A stretch of DNA of 7,042 nucleotides, from the NCBI RefSeq assembly GCF_006345805.1, contig NW_021828983.1, positions 1-7,042 of the forward strand, in the 5' to 3' direction. Every line of letters begins with the position of its first letter. Positions within the stretch are counted from its first letter, which is position 1. The notes beneath the pieces were generated by a model. It ran no database searches and was not told the origin of the DNA. It worked only from the letters and a program-made list of their open reading frames with translations. The stretch comes from Octopus sinensis. Taxonomy: Eukaryota. Positions 6,401 to 7,042 of the stretch are shown here, one piece after another. The position numbers and the translations under genes are program-made.

Positions 6401-6696
6401 CCCCTCGGAGCAGCAGTTCTATGAGACGCCAACTTTTTAAACTCAGCAACGGACAGGGATGCACTAAAGGTGCTGTTGAAGAGCTCAGTCAAGTATGGCC
6501 AACCATTCCTGGGCATTCTTGGAAACCTGCCCAACACCTGGGAGGTTGCCTGTCTTGCCCATGGCTGCTGCCATCTGAGGTCCTGTTGCACAACGCGGGT
6601 GGCCTGCCTCTTTCCCTAGAAAGGGTTCTGGTAAGATTATCTATTTGAGGTGGTGTACACGTCGTCACAGTGTTAGCATGTTGCATAATTTTTTTT
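3419..6696 (-). mobile_element. Near full-length RLE-type non-LTR retrotransposon, probably R4/Dong-like, 3278 bp, no poly(A) tail
   Basis: Bounded by an 11-bp direct repeat. The interior is markedly more GC-rich than the flanks and is covered by one disrupted ORF from ATG 6686 (10 nt inside the 5' boundary) to about 3471/3434. Confidence 0.85.
3434..6686 (-). pseudogene. Frameshifted RT-RLE polyprotein (N-terminal region, reverse transcriptase, CCHC knuckle, PD-D/ExK endonuclease)
   Basis: RT motifs: WKTTGIDKI, DYRPITCMPTLYK, ENQLG, DVKKAFDSVDH, RGILQGDSMSP, HLVFIDDIKLF, GYKYLG, RLYLPRAQFGRGL. Knuckle CPHC-x8-HIATKC, then YTWRHNEV, then RLE KPDIVV...IIEVG...KKRKYDLL. Pieces 6686-~6550, ~6550-~6100, ~6100-3755 and 3755-3434 lie in different frames. 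The break at about 3755 (CAC AGA TCA A GTC CTT GTC ATT CCT TGC GTG ATG ACA TGG) is unambiguous. Confidence 0.92.
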
Positions 6697-6707
6697 AACA
6701 TAATAAC
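6697..6707 (+). repeat. TSD copy at the 5' end of the R4-like retrotransposon; contains the putative 8-bp hAT target site ATAATAAC (6700-6707)
   Basis: AACATAATAAC, identical to 3408-3418, directly abutting TAGGGCAA. Confidence 0.75.
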
Positions 6708-6719
6708 TAGGGCAACCAA

Positions 6720-6869
6720 TTGCAATTTTTTGCAATTAAATATAATTTAATTAAAATTCGATAAATAATAAAGTAATGAATAGACATTAATTTAATTATA
6801 TTTTTATTCGATTTAAATTTGCAATTTTTTGCAATTTTTGTAGTCATTTTACAATTTTTTGCAATTTTT
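6720..6869 (+). repeat. Subterminal repeats TTGCAATT(TT), 10-bp period
   Basis: TTGCAATT at 6720, 6730, 6819, 6829 and 6859, with variant TTACAATT at 6849. Confidence 0.8.
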
Positions 6870-6971
6870 TAAATTAAAAAAAAATTGTGACACAAAATTT
6901 TTTGTTGATGCGCACCGTTCTTCAAAAAAATTTAAAAGCACACAGTATTTCTTTGAATTTAAATTTATAGA

Positions 6972-7042
6972 ATGGACAAATTCATCTCAGAGTTCACAAA
7001 CATTTCTTTCGGCGATAACGGATACTCGAAAGGATTGGGGAT
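6972..7042 (+). CDS. Start of an ORF (MDKFISEFTNISFGDNGYSKGLG...) running off the window; possibly the transposase of the right-hand element
   Basis: ATG at 6972 where GC content rises after the AT-rich subterminal region; 23 open codons to the window edge. Too short to identify. Confidence 0.3.
   Translation, partial: MDKFISEFTNISFGDNGYSKGLG

Larger units (their letters stand above)
6708..7042 (+). mobile_element. Terminus (probably 5' end) of a second hAT-like DNA transposon extending beyond the window
   Basis: TAGGGCAA at 6708-6715 (inverse of 864-871), followed by a subterminal repeat array and an ATG-initiated frame at 6972. No transposase motif is visible within the window. Confidence 0.6.

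Noticed and set aside
4900-6648. Plus-strand ORFs 4900..5085, 5614..5952, 6188..6391 and 6346..6648
   Set aside because: Antisense shadows of the retrotransposon ORF, with no motifs or independent signals.
6687-6725. N-terminal extension of track ORF 6489..6725 (MQLVALVIMLKKI)
   Set aside because: It reads through the hAT terminus and the TSD. The plausible element start is ATG 6686.

Overview
AT-rich eukaryotic DNA made almost entirely of nested transposable elements, with no recognisable intact host gene. From left to right: (1) The 3' end of a hAT DNA transposon: C-terminal transposase 333-743, phased subterminal repeats, terminus TTGCCCTA at 864-871. (2) An unexplained ORF remnant, 881-1327. 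(3) A 5'-truncated CRE-like non-LTR retrotransposon, 1442-3086, with an A21 tail and an 11-13 bp TSD. (4) Nested in its 3' end, an internally deleted Merlin/IS1595 (ISXO2) DNA transposon, 2155-3040, with 16-bp TIRs and an 8-bp TSD. Its transposase looks fragmented in the ORF track but becomes one uninterrupted 215-aa frame after removing four GT-AG introns of 22, 25, 23 and 26 nt. (5) A near full-length, frameshifted R4/Dong-like RT-RLE retrotransposon, 3419-6696, minus strand, with an 11-bp TSD and no poly(A). (6) One TSD copy abuts the terminus (TAGGGCAA, 6708) of a second hAT-like element that runs off the window. The micro-introns point to a host with very short spliceosomal introns. The host cannot be identified from this window.
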